Assembly: GCA_040954595.2 (NCBI GenBank)
Contig: CM082595.2
Span: 5,110,137 to 5,174,136, forward strand
Direction: 5' to 3'
Source of the DNA: Balanoglossus misakiensis
Taxonomy: Eukaryota > Animalia > Hemichordata
DNA: 64,000 nt
Numbering within the stretch: position 1 is the first letter of the stretch; each line of letters starts with the position of its first letter. Of this stretch, positions 39,429 through 52,366 are shown one piece after another. The notes under the pieces were generated by a model. The model saw only the letters and a program-made list of their open reading frames with translations. It made no database searches and was not told the origin of the DNA. A program made the position numbers and the translations under genes.

Positions 39429-42400
39429 TATTCGTAGACTCTCATCACCCTTCACTGAGAAGATCGAAGATGATGTCTGTAATTAATCAGCCGTTAACCA
39501 TGAAACTGTGCTAAATTGTAAAAACAATGGCAAAACCTCCAAAGTTGGGAGTATAATTATTATGTAGACAGGTTTACATTCCTTGCATTGACCGGTTCCA
39601 AATCTTTGCAAAATTTTGTTATGATGGCAGCTTCTATCAGCATTATGTATGTTTTCTGTAATGAATGTGAAATGTGTCATGCATGGTGGACTTTGATATT
39701 GTACCCTCAAACTGCATGGTGGATATTTTTCTGTGAGGTAAACTTTTGTTGGACATGTTTTGTTTATCCAGTGGAGTACTATTGCTGTTGTGTTACCGGC
39801 CGAATTTGGAGCTTTTTTTCTTGAATCACTGGAATGAGCAGACTACAAGTCAAATTATTCGTGATTTGATTGGCTGAAATGAATTGCAGTGTGATTGGTC
39901 AGGCAATCACAGAGGACAAAATCTTTGTTGTCTTGTCGCATTTGATGACAGTTTAAATTTTATCTGCTGCAAGATTTAAAACCATCATGCATCGTTTATG
40001 CAAAAAAACAAATCAAACTTGTAATGCTGCATTTTGTTTGTGAAGGCTTCCATGAGTCAGAGAAAAATTTTAATACACAAGGTTTTGTTTGGTGTGAGTT
40101 TCTCTCTCACATCAATTGCTACAATCAACTGATCGATCAATCAATCTGAAATTGAGAGTGAATTATTTTGAGGAAGTTTTGAAATCTTGGCACAGTTTTT
40201 TTCCGATGTATGTGCAGAAAGAAAAAGTACTATTTGTTGACAGTACTTAGTTTGTGTTGGTAAACCACCAGACTCCCTTGAAATTTTCTGTAAAAAATGT
40301 TTTTCAGTAGTGGTTCAATGCAGAAACTGCATGTTTTAAGTAGTCTAGTGAAAATATACGCTATAATCTACAGTTTTCAGAGAATTTTCTAGTTTTTGGT
40401 GTTCATGAGTTTATATAGGCTGATGTGTACAGTTTAGATGATGCTGTATTCCTGGTACTGTACTAGGTTGTGGTTTGGTTTTTCTTGAGAAAACAAAATG
40501 GCCGCCAAAGTGTAGCAGGGTTGCTAGGCTGTGTTTCCCCACACGTAGAACCTTCCCAGGTATTCAGTGTCGTACGTCCCACGTCTGTGATATTTGGATA
40601 CTCAGACGGATCGACTAAGAGGGCTGATACGAACAGTGTCGGAACTGTTCCTTTAAATGTGAAGTTTTGTAACGAAGTGTCGTTCGTTCGTCGTCCGAAG
40701 AAGGCTGCAAATTCCTCAGAGGCAAAATACATTTAAAATGTATCGTTTAGTCGTTTATCAAAAACAAAGTTTGCTTTATGTCCATGTGTTGCTGTTAGAT
40801 TTGAATACTGCAATATTTGAAAGGAGATATTTCATTGGATAGGAAAACTCCAGAGCTGAATGTTATGATTATTATTTTTTTAATGTCCAAAGTGGTTTTT
40901 CTTATGAATTTAATCTCAAATTTTGTCACAGTACCAAAGATTCTATTGAGAGATATGTTTATGCCAGAGTTGTGTATGTCTGTGTGCATGAAGTAATAAT
41001 ACAATCAAAGATAAAATACAAAAAAATTACATGTAAAGAAAATCGTTGTCATCACCTCTGAGTAGCTTTATTCTGCAGGGGATCGCAATACTTTGTCAAA
41101 TTCATAATCAACGAGGTTGGAATTTTACTGTAAATAATTAGTGAAATGCAAATGATCCCAGTTTGTCCTGTTTCTATGGTGATATATATTCATATGCAAA
41201 TGCAATATGAAATCTTTTTTAGTTGTTTGTGTATGCGCCTGGCGTTTGAAATTTTCATGTCTGTAACCATGGTGTTTGGACTCTAAAACAAATGATATGA
41301 TAGGCTGGAACCCATAGGCTGATACTTATGTTATTTTCTGTTACAAGTTAACTTTGTCTCTGGACGGTGTAATCATAATGTATTATACCCTAGAGTTTTA
41401 CTTTTTATGCTTGTTCTGGGGCCAAGTCAAACCCCTACTTTTAGTACTTATGCTCATTCCTGGGGTCGTCTGAAATGGCTGTCATGTACTGGAATGTCGT
41501 TGTGCTTGTATATGGGGGACTTTATGCAAAATCATGTGTAAATCAACCACTAGTTTGAAATTAACTTCAGGGAGCAATTGCAAAATTATGTGCCTGATCA
41601 ACTTGAAAATATTCCTAATGCCAACACGAGATGTGTTTTGGTGCGTTCCTTTTTATAATCACGGATAGCAAGCGCGCCCCAAAGCAAGGAATTGTTAGAT
41701 CGCTCCCAACCGATGAATTTTCCCTTCTAGGTAGTTTTACATTGGAATGTGTCTTCTTCTCCCTGGACACAGAAGTACTCCTGAAAATCAGGAGAAAAAA
41801 TTCACCATACAGAATAATTTCACATTGCTTATAATAATATAATAATATATTGCCCCCGACATTCGCACACTGTCATTGCATCGTGTATCGACGGCCATCT
41901 TTCAGAGAGCACCGGTAATTTAAATATCGTTGCTGTTTACAAAATGTTCAAAAGACACAAGAGGCTGAATTATCAAAAACCCCATACAAAGTGTTTCCTG
42001 AGGCTTACAACTTTCATCCATAACCAAGTTTTACCAACATTACGGCGATCTGCCCAATTTAGCAACGACAAGGATAATACACTGCCTAGTCTTTGCAGCT
42101 GTTGTATGCATCCCATCGCCATGGTAACTTGGTATTGGGTAAGGCTGAATAAGTAGTATTCTGTCTTTCAGCTAATTTTCACTTTTATTTTACTAACCAA
42201 ATATTTATCGATATAGGTATTTTTATTCGTTGGGTAACCTAGAATTTTTGATTTGTTCAATGTGTTATGTATCATGTTTTATTCGTTTTTTTTTTCCTTT
42301 TTATTCCCTGTCATATTTTCAATCAAATTCATTTAAAAATTTAGATTTTAGTCTGGAGTCGTTGATGCCACTCATCAATATGCATGTCATGCCGTGTGTA

Positions 42401-43834
42401 ATTTTTACCAAGATGTGTGCTTTATTTTGTTACTGATGTGTTTGCAGTAGTATTTTAAGCGGATGATGGTTCTGTTTTTTTGTAAAGAAAATCAAAGTTG
42501 ACTGACTGATGCTGTCAAATTACGTGATTAATTTTTTTTCGAATGCTTGGATACAAACACGGTCTTTGAGTCTGATGCTTTTTAGAGGATTCGTAATTTG
42601 GGGTTGAGTCAAATTTCAGAACAAAGATTATGAACATAGTGAACAGCAGGACACAAAGCTTTCGAGCATTCGCAAAATTATACCATTTATGGATTTGTGT
42701 TCCTTGAATCTTTAACCTTCAAAATCATTCTAATGATTATTTTAGGGATTGATCAGAATAATTCATACCACATTCACCCGTATGAGAAACAGTGACAACT
42801 TTTTATCCAGGGGATCGTTACTCTGTTATTCTATTCTACAGATGGTGCAAAATTTACATATGACCCAAAGTTCAATTCATCATGAATGCTGATTGGCTGC
42901 GGCAGTTGTATATGATCTGCCACTTGCTTTACCTCAATTGACTGAACGCGGTCATGTGACATGAGCCCTTGTATGTGATTGGCTAATGTAGATCAGTACT
43001 CAACTTTGATTTTTTGACATCTTTCAACAGTGACTTTTGCATGTTTATTCATTTTATTTGAGTCCTGAAAGTGTTTTTATTTGAAAACAGATTTGATTTA
43101 TTGATAGCAATAATTTCTATTATATTATTATTATTATAATTTTTGTGATGTTTCATGAAATATTGAAGAATATGCTGCCCTTCATTGTAGAGTGTGTTAT
43201 GCATTCTTAATCAGACTATTTATATACATATATACAGAGTTTTTCAAAGATATCTACCATTTAATTTTCTCACCTGTGATTTTCTCAATCAAAAGCAAAA
43301 AAAACTTCAGCATTCCACAACATTTTTAGTTCACATGGCAACAGAAACATCATAGTAATGGTGAACTTTGAACCTTAACCTGTGACCTAAACCGTTTTTG
43401 CTACAGCTTTCATTTTTTCAATCTTTCCTTTATATCAGAACAAAAATGAGACCAAAAACTTTCCACACTTCCAAAGCAAAACTTTTTTTTTGCCATTTGT
43501 TTCTGTGACTCGCAATCGATTTGTTTTTTGTCAAAAATTGTTCTCGGATATAGATTACCAAAAAATATGTTTCTGTCCATTAGTGAAATAATTTTATATA
43601 CCAACTCAGTATAAGAAAGACGTGAAATATAAGATTCTATTGACAGTGTTTATAATGCTCTGTATCTCGGCCTTGTTCTATATATATATTTGGCTAATGT
43701 TATTATCTTTAAATGCAGACAGCTCAGGCTTGGCTTTCTCTGTGGGTAGGGCAGATATGCTGAGTAGTATAGTTTCCTTATACAGAGAGAGTGCCTTACG
43801 TTAAGTCTGATAATCAGTACTTCTAGAAAATAAA
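39429..43834 (+). other. Probable ~4.4-kb 3'UTR of PRDM3/16 ending near AATAAA 43829-43834
   Basis: U-rich, no credible ORF. The first canonical AATAAA I could find after the stop is at 43829; the next is at 44188. Confidence 0.55.
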
Positions 43835-46128
43835 TAGATCAGTTTCAATCCCTCGCCACTTGAGGGCGCTGTCTTGACCGCCATCTTACTTGTTCGGGAG
43901 AACCCAATGACCTTTGAACTCCCCGGACAGCGCAACCAAGTAAATCGTACATAGTTTGAAAACTGCTATTTCAGATTCTTATAGAGTTAGAGATTCTATC
44001 GATATTTTTGCTAAAGATGAAAATTTTATAATTGTAGATTTAAAAAAAAATTCTTCCTGATTGAAAGAAGTCTGTCTGTCAATCTGTCTATAGATTTGAA
44101 TATTTTGAGGTTTATCTGTTGAATTTTGATTCGTGTATGTATGACTTTTGTCATAGTGTGAAATTACCAGATTGTGGACGTGGATTCAATAAAATTTGCT
44201 TTAAAATGTGATTTGTATGTCGTCTTGGGGAATTGTATGAAGAAGTGTGAGTGAGAGACAGATGAAGTTAAGGGGCACGCAGAAACATAAGGGGAGAACC
44301 ATTTGATTTTCTGGGGGGGTGGAGACATAAGGGGAGAACCATTTGATTTTCTGGGGGTGGGTGGAGGATATTTTGAGAAAACAAAATTGTTGGTGCTGAG
44401 GGCAAATTTCTCTTGCAATGTGGGAAAAGATGGACTGGCAGTCCCACATTATACCAAAAGAAAAAAAAATGGCACCAGAAAGACCCAATAGAGACTACAA
44501 TCACAATATTAGATGATCATCGTATGTAGTCGGGCAGCCAAATCCACTATCTGCCGAACCTTGTTTTAGTGTCGTTAAGTTTTTTAAAGCAGATTCTGCT
44601 TGTATAGATCACTAGAGTGAAAGAAATAGTTTATACTGGAGCTCTGTCAGTATTGAGCAATTTTAGATAATTAGCATAAAAATGGCCGCCAAATGATTTC
44701 AATTTATTTGGCATTCTGGGCCACCGTAGATTTCAACAAAGACTTCTGTTTGTTGATGGCCCCAGAAGTTGTAGAGGCCTATCTCCATTTCAACTTGAAC
44801 CAAGAAAATATATAGCCCATAGCCTCGATTGTGTACAATATTAATAGTCACCCCAGTGCTAGCTGGAGTTGGTGGTGCACTGAACACTGAGTTCGAAAGA
44901 TTTATTAAATCTACCGTGAGGTGGCGTATTTCAAGATACATGTACCAGTACATGCAGCGGTGAACTGATTTAACCGGAAACGCGTTTAACCGCTCACTTT
45001 CCAACAGAATTTCCGACTATCCCCGGTCGTCTTGTGGTCGAAATGCGTCTGAGTAGGATCTGTGAGGAATTACTGCATTGGTTTCACCATGGTTTCACGT
45101 AACTGTTGTAGTGAATCCGTCAAATCGAAAAACCAATATGGCGGCGCCCATGGCATGAAAACAACACGTGCACATTTCCAAGGTATAGTATACTATAGCG
45201 ATGACTTTCCATTCCTGTATACAAATCGTATATAGTTTAATATGTATCAGTTTTGAACTGAGTACAAGCGCAGCAAGAGCAACTTATAGAAGTTAAACCA
45301 TTCTTTATTATCATGTATATTCACAATGATGTTAATGATGATAACGTGAATGAGCCCACACGCATCGTCAACCTGCTCTTGGTCAACTGTAGGCTTTGCA
45401 ATAATATGCCAAAGAGTACGTTCCGTATCTATGATATCCTCAACATTTTTTTATTACGATGAGCGGATTATCTATCTATTTGATAGGTTTCATTCTCACG
45501 AAGTCATTGTACTCTAGTGTAGATGTGGTTAAGAACAAATGTTGTCGTTGGTGGCACTATTCACGCGAAGTTTCCCCTGGTCTCGCCTGATTTGGTGTGA
45601 TCCAAAATGGCACTTCGCATTTCGCTGCTCGAAAATGTTTTCCACTGTCTTCGATGGTCTTGTGGTTGAAGTGCATTTCTGATTAGGATTTGACGAGAAT
45701 GACCTACAACCTTCCAGCCCAATTCATTCATTCGTTCGTCCATTCATTCATTCATTAATTCATTCATTCAAGTATTTAACTAAATTTACTATTCCTACTC
45801 TTATAGTTAAATCAGAAGATTTACTCTGGAAGAGAAGAACAGTTCATCAAAAGAAGTCAGCAAATGACGTGAGGACAAACAGAGCAGAACAGTTGAAAAA
45901 ATAATGAAAAATCACCAGAAGATTGTCTGTGAGTCTTCCTGCAAAATTGATGGTGAGTACGTGTATGATGTATAATGTTTCTTAGCTTTCATCTTCAAAC
46001 AGGTCATTCCGTTTTCAAAGTTTCAACACCTTTCAAAATTTTAACAAAGAACTAATTTTGGGATAAGTCCTGTAAAACAGAGTTGCAATGGAACAGTAAC
46101 TAGAACTTAGTGCAGTTTGGTATGCAGG

Positions 46129-49100
46129 TCTCGACTTTTCCAACTTTGGTGATTTTGTTGTTTTGTGACACTTTTCATGGGTTATAGCTCATGGAAATTG
46201 TCAAAAGGCGACACAATCTCCACTCTGCCAACTTTGGTGATTTTGTCGTTTTGTGACACTTTTCATGGGTTATAGCTCATGAAAATTGTCAAAAGATGAC
46301 CAAATCCCGACTTTGCCAACTTTGGTGATTTTGTCGTTTTGTGACACTTTTCATGGGTTATAGCTCATGAAAATTGTCAAAAGATGACCAAATCCCGACT
46401 TTGCCAACTTTGGTGATTTTGTCGTTTTGTGACACTTTTCATGGGTTATAGCTCATGAAAATTGTCAAAAGATGACCAAATCTTGACTTTGCCAACTTTG
46501 GTGATTTTGTCGTTTTGTGACACTTTTCATGGGTCATAGCTCATGAAAATTGTCAAAAGATGACCAAATCCCGACTTTGCCAACTTTGGTGATTTTGTCA
46601 TTTTGTGACACTTTTCATGGGTTATAGCTCATGAAAATTGTCAAAAATGACACAATCTCGACTTTGCCAACTTTGGTGATTTTGTCGTTTTGTGACACTT
46701 TTCATGGGTCACAGCTCATGAAAATTGTCAAAAGATGACCAAATCTCGATTTTGCCAACTTTGGTGATTTTGTCGTTTTGTGACACTTTTCATGGGTTAT
46801 AGCTCATGAAAATTGTCAACAGATGACCAAATCTCGACTTTGCCAACCTTGGTGATTTTGTCGTTTTGTGACACTTTTCATGGGTTATAGCTCATGAAAA
46901 TTGTCAAAAGATGACCAAATCCCGACTTTGCCAACTTTGGTGATTTTGTCGTTTTGTGACACTTTTCATGGGTTATAGCTCATGAAAATTGTCAAAAGAT
47001 GACCAAATCCCGACTTTGCCAACTTTGGTGATTTTGTCGTTTTGTCACACTTTTCATGGGTTATAGCTCATGAAAATTGTCAAAAGATGACCAAATCCCG
47101 ACTTTGCCAACTTTGGTGATTTTGTCGTTTTGTGACATTTTTCATGGGTTATAGCTCATGAAAGTTGTCAAAATATGACCAAAATCCCGACCTTGCCAAC
47201 TTTGGTGATTTTGTCCTTTTGTGACACTTTTCATGGGTAATAGCTCATGAAAATTGTCAAAAGATGACCAAAATCCCGACTTTGCCAACTTTGGTGATTT
47301 TGTCACACTTTTCATGGGTTATAGCTCATGAAAATTGTCAAAAGGTGACCAAATCTCGACTTTGCCAACTTTGGTGATTTTGTCGTTTTGTGACATTTTT
47401 CATGGGTTATAGCTCATGAAAATTGTCAAAAGATGACCAAATCCCGACTTTGCCAACTTTGGTGATTTTGTCATTTTGTGACACTTTTCATGGGTTATAG
47501 CTCATGAAAATTGTCAAAAGATGACCAAATCCCGACTTTGCCAACTTTGGTGATTTTGTCATTTTGTGACACTTTTCATGGGTTATAGCTCATGAAAATT
47601 GTCAAAAGATGACCAAATCTCGACTTTGCAAACTTTGGTGATTTTGTCGTTTTGTGACACTTTTCATGGGTTATAGCTCATGAAAATTGTCAAAAGATGA
47701 CCAAATCTCGACTTTGCAAACTTTGGTGATTTTGTCGTTTTGTGACACTTTTCATGGGTTATAGCTCATGAAAATTGTCAAAAGATGACCAAATCCCGAC
47801 TTTGCCAACTTTGGTGAATTTGTCGTTTTGTGACACTTTTCATGGGTTATAGCTCATGAAAATCGTCAAAAGATGACCAAATCCCGACTTTGCCAACTTT
47901 GGTGATTTTGTCATTTTGTGACACTTTTCATGGGTTATAGCTCATGAAAATTGTCAAAAGATGACCAAATCTCGACTTTGCCAACTTTGGTGATTTTGTC
48001 GTTTTGTGACACTTTTCATGGGTTATAGCTCATGAAAATTGTCAACAGATGACCAAATCTCGACTTTGCCAACTTTGGTGATTTTGTCGTTTTGTGACAC
48101 TTTTCATGGGTTATAGCTCATGAAAATTGTCAACAGATGACCAAATCTTGACTTTGCCAACCTTGGTGATTTTGTCGTTTTGTGACACTTTTCATGGGTT
48201 ATAGCTCATGAAAATTGTCAACAGATGACCAAATCCCGACTTTGCCAACTTTGGTGATTTTGTCGTTTTGTGATACTTTTCATGGGTTATAGCTCATGAA
48301 AATTGTCAAAAGATGACCAAATCCCGACTTTGCCAACTTTGGTGATTTTGTCGTTTTGTGACATTTTTCATGGGTTATAGCTCATGAAAGTTGTCAAAAT
48401 ATGACCAAAATCCCGACCTTGCCAACTTTGGTGATTTTGTCCTTTTGTGACACTTTTCATGGGTAATAGCTCATGAAAATTGTCAAAAGATGACCAAAAT
48501 CCCGACTTTGCCAACTTTGGTGATTTTGTCACACTTTTCATGGGTTATAGCTCATGAAAATTGTCAAAAGATGACCAAATCTCGACTTTGCAAACTTTGG
48601 TGATTTTGTCGTTTTGTGACACTTTTCATGGGTTATAGCTCATGAAAATTGTCAAAAGATGACCAAATCTCGACTTTGCAAACTTTGGTGATTTTGTCGT
48701 TTTGTGACACTTTTCATGGGTTATAGCTCATGAAAATTGTCAAAAGATGACCAAATCCCGACTTTGCCAACTTTGGTGAATTTGTCGTTTTGTGACACTT
48801 TTCATGGGTTATAGCTCATGAAAATCGTCAAAAGATGACCAAATCCCGACTTTGCCAACTTTGGTAATTTTGTCATTTTGTGACACTTTTCATGGGTTAT
48901 AGCTCATGAAAATTGTCAAAAGATGACCAAATCTCGACTTTGCCAACTTTGGTGATTTTGTCGTTTTGTGACACTTTTCATGGGTTACAGCTCATGAAAA
49001 TTGTCAAAAGATGACACAATCTCCACATTGCCAACTTTGATGATTTTGTCGTTTTGTGACACTTTTCATGGGTTATAGCTCATGAAAATTGTCAAAACTG

Positions 49101-50021
49101 GCAAATTCTTGATTTTGCCAACTTTGGTGACTTTGTCATTTTGGGATATTTTTCATGGGTTATAGCTCATGAAAATCGTCAAAACTGGCAAATTTTGACT
49201 TTGCCAACTTTGGTGATTTTTCATGGGTTATAGCTCATGAAAATCGTCAAAACTGGCAAATTCTTGACTTTGCCAACTTTGGTGACTTTGTCATTTTGGG
49301 ATATTTTTCATGGGTTATAGCTCATGAAAATCGTCAAAACTGGCAAATTCTTGACTTTGCCAACTTTGGTGACTTTATCATTTTGGGATATTTTTCATGG
49401 GTTATAGCTCATGAAAATCGTCAAAACTGGCAAATTCTTGACTTTGCCAACTTTGGTGACTTTGTCATTTTGGGATATTTTTCATGGGTAATAGCTCATG
49501 AAAATCGTCAAAACTGGCAAATTCTTGACTTTGCCAACTTTGGTGATTTTGTCATTTTGGGATATTTTTCATGGGTTATAGCTCATGAAAATCGTCAAAA
49601 CTGGCAAATTTTGACTTTGCCAACTTTGGTGACTTTGTCATTTTGGGATATTTTTCATGGGTTATAGCTCATGAAAATCGTCAAAACTGGCAAATTCTTG
49701 ACTTTGCCAACTTTGGTGACTTTGTCATTTTGGGATATTTTTCATGGGTTATAGCTCATGAAAATCGTCAAAACTGGCAAATTTTGACTTTGCCAACTTT
49801 GGTGATTTTTCATGGGTTATAGCTCATGAAAATTGTCAAAAATGGCAAATTCTTGATTTTGCCAACTTTGGTGATTTTGTCATTTTGGGACATTTTTCAT
49901 GGGTTATAGCTCATGAAAGTCGTCAAAAATGGCAAATTCTTGTCTTTGCCAACTTTGGTGACTTTGTCATTTTGGAACATTTTTCATGGGTTATAGCTCA
50001 TGAAAATTGTCAAATTCTTGA
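46129..50021 (+). repeat. Satellite array, ~44 copies of an 87-88-bp unit (subfamily A to ~49085, subfamily B after), each with internal dyad symmetry
   Basis: Unit A: cgactttgccaactttggtgattttgtcgttttgtgacacttttcatgggttatagctcatgaaaattgtcaaaagatgaccaaatcc. Unit B carries gtcattttgggatat and cgtcaaaactggcaaattct. Confidence 0.98.
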
Positions 50022-50501
50022 CAGTCTTTTTGTGTAATTAATATTGCTGTTAAACTTACCCTGATTTGTTCTTTGCATTGCAGTGAGTTTAAGTCAAGGT
50101 GAAATCTTCTCAATGCTTAGACGATGATTTGAAGAATCCAAGAGTACTGCTTCAGGTAAGACCGAATCAATCTCAATTTGACACACACACACACACACAC
50201 ACACTTCCTTTATCTCACTATCATTAACACAACTGGCATCGGCTTGACTTTGCAAACTTTGGTGATTTTGTCATTTTCAGACGTTTTTCCTGGGTTATAA
50301 GCTCATGAAAATTGTCAAATTCTTGACTGTTATCAGTCTTTTTATGTAATTAATATTGTTGTCAAACTTACCCTGATTTTGTTCTTTGCATTGCAGTGAG
50401 TTGCATTAAAGTCAAGGTGAAATCAATTCAATTCTCAGATGATGGTTTGAAAAATCCAAGAGTACTGCTTAAGGTAAGACCAAATCATCTCAATTTGACA
50501 C

Positions 50502-51770
50502 TCTAAGTTTTTTTTAATGTTAAAGTATAGAGTGAAGCCTGAAAAATTTCTAAGTGTTTTTAATGTTTAAGTATAGAGTGAAGCCTGAAAAATTTCTAAG
50601 TGTTTTTAATGTTTAAGTATAGAGTAAAGCCTGAAAAATTTCTAAGTGTTTTTAATGTTTAAGTATAGAGTAAAGCCTGAAAAATTTCTAAGTGTTTTTA
50701 ATGTCAAAGTATAGAGTAAAGCCTGAAAAATTTCTAAGTGTTTTTAATGTTTCAGTATAGAGTGAAGCCTGAAAAATTTCTAAGTGTTTTTAATGTCAAA
50801 GTAGAGAGTAAAGCCTGAAAAATTTCTAAGTGTTTTTAATAAGTATAGAGTGAAGCCTGAAAAATTTCTAAGTGTTTTTAATAAGTATAGAGTGAAGCCT
50901 AAAAAAATTCTAAGTGTTTTTAATAAGTATACAGTGAAGCCTGAAAAATTTCTAAGTGTTTTTAATAAGTATACAGTGAAGCCTGAAAAATTTCTAAGTG
51001 TTTTTAAAAAGTATAGAGTGAAGCCTGAAAAATTTCTAAGTGTTTTTAATGTTTAAGTATAGAGTGAAGCCTGAAAAATTTCTAAGTGTTTTTAATGTCA
51101 AAGTATAGAGTAAAGCCTGAAAAATTTCTAAGTGTTTTTAATGTCTAAGTATAGAGTGAAGCCTGAAAAATTTCTAAGTGTTTTTAATGTTTAAGTATAG
51201 AGTGAAGCCTGAAAAATTTCTAAGTGTTTTTAATGTCTAAGTATAGAGTGAAGCCTGAAAAATTTCTAAGTGTTTTTAAAAAGTATAGAGTGAAGCCTGA
51301 AATATTTCTAAGTGTTTTTAATGTCTAAGTATAGAGTGAAGCCTGAAAAATTTCTAAGTGTTTTTAATGTTTAAGTATAAGTGAAGCCTGAAAAATTTCT
51401 AAGTGTTTTTAATGTCAAAGTATAGAGTAAAGCCTGAAAAATTTCTAAGTGTTTTTAATGTTTCAGTATAGAGTGAAGCCTGAAAAATTTCTAAGTGTTT
51501 TTAATGTCAAAGTATAGAGTAAAGCCTGAAAAATTTCTAAGTGTTTTTAATGTTTCAGTATAGAGTGAAGCCTGAAAAATTTCTAAGTGTTTTTAATGTC
51601 AAAGTAGAGAGTAAAGCCTGAAAAATTTCTAAGTGTTTTTAATAAGTATAGAGTAAAGCCTGAAAAATTTCTAAGTGTTTTTAATAAGTATAGAGTAAAG
51701 CCTGAAAAATTTCTAAGTGTTTTTAATAAGTATAGAGTAAAGCCTGAAAAATTTCTAAGTGTTTTTTTTT
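50502..51770 (+). repeat. Satellite array, ~28 copies of a 42-47-bp unit
   Basis: Unit aagtatagagtgaagcctgaaaaatttctaagtgtttttaat(gttt/gtca). Confidence 0.98.
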
Positions 51771-51974
51771 TTTTACAAAAAAGCAGACACCAAGGATTGA
51801 AATTTATTGTATTTTATTTCATTTTCATATTTCATATTTCATATTGAAATTTAACTCGTATTCACTTGTCGTTTCAGGTCTATCTGTTGAATGGTTGATG
51901 ACCAATCGAAAGAAGTGGAGTCCAGCCAGGATCTGAAAAGACAAGGCAAGTGTTAGAAAATGCAAGTTATGTAG

Positions 51975-52048
51975 GGGGCATACACAAGTTTCAAAAATTT
52001 TCTAAGTCAAAGAAAACTTAGAAAATTTTTGAAACTTGTATATGCCCC
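51975..52048. repeat. Near-perfect inverted repeat (33-bp stem, one mismatch, 8-nt loop)
   Basis: ggggcatacacaagtttcaaaaattttctaagt-caaagaaa-acttagaaaatttttgaaacttgtatatgcccc. Confidence 0.95.
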
Positions 52049-52188
52049 AACGTGGAGGTATAGACAAATTTCAAATTTTTAGCGTTTCTGACTTAGTTTT
52101 TTTTTTTGGCTTTTTATATGCCATCCCTAGCCCCCACCCTAACCTCCCCATGTGTTTACTGCAGAGACTAATAAATCTCTAGCACAAC

Positions 52189-52366
52189 TCTTACTTCGGT
52201 TGAGCTAAGGTAAAAAAATTTTTTACAAGTGCATTATGGGCATCATAATCTATGCAAGATCTTTTCAGATGCAAAACATTTTTGCATTAGAAAAGATCAA
52301 GCATAGATTATGATGCCCGTAATGCACTTGTAAAAAAAAATAGAAGTTTGCTCAATCGAAGTAAGA
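52189..52366. repeat. 178-nt foldback inverted repeat
   Basis: tcttacttcggttgagc...ttttacaagtgcattatgggcatcataatctatgc pairs with gcatagattatgatgcccgtaatgcacttgtaaaa...gctcaatcgaagtaaga. Confidence 0.95.

Noticed and set aside
45335-45682. Possible C/D-box snoRNA in the first intron of the predicted lncRNA (ATGATGA at 45335)
   Set aside because: The nearest CTGA boxes are ~250-345 nt away with no terminal stem or recognisable guide.
49296-49667. 123-aa ORF of 29-aa repeats
   Set aside because: Arises because the 87-bp satellite unit is a multiple of 3; neighbouring units break the frame.
50850-51056. 68-aa ORF of 14-aa repeats
   Set aside because: Run of 42-bp satellite monomers; not coding.
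46129-51770. CRISPR-like appearance of regularly spaced palindromic repeats
   Set aside because: No unique spacers, head-to-tail units, eukaryotic intron-containing context, no cas genes.
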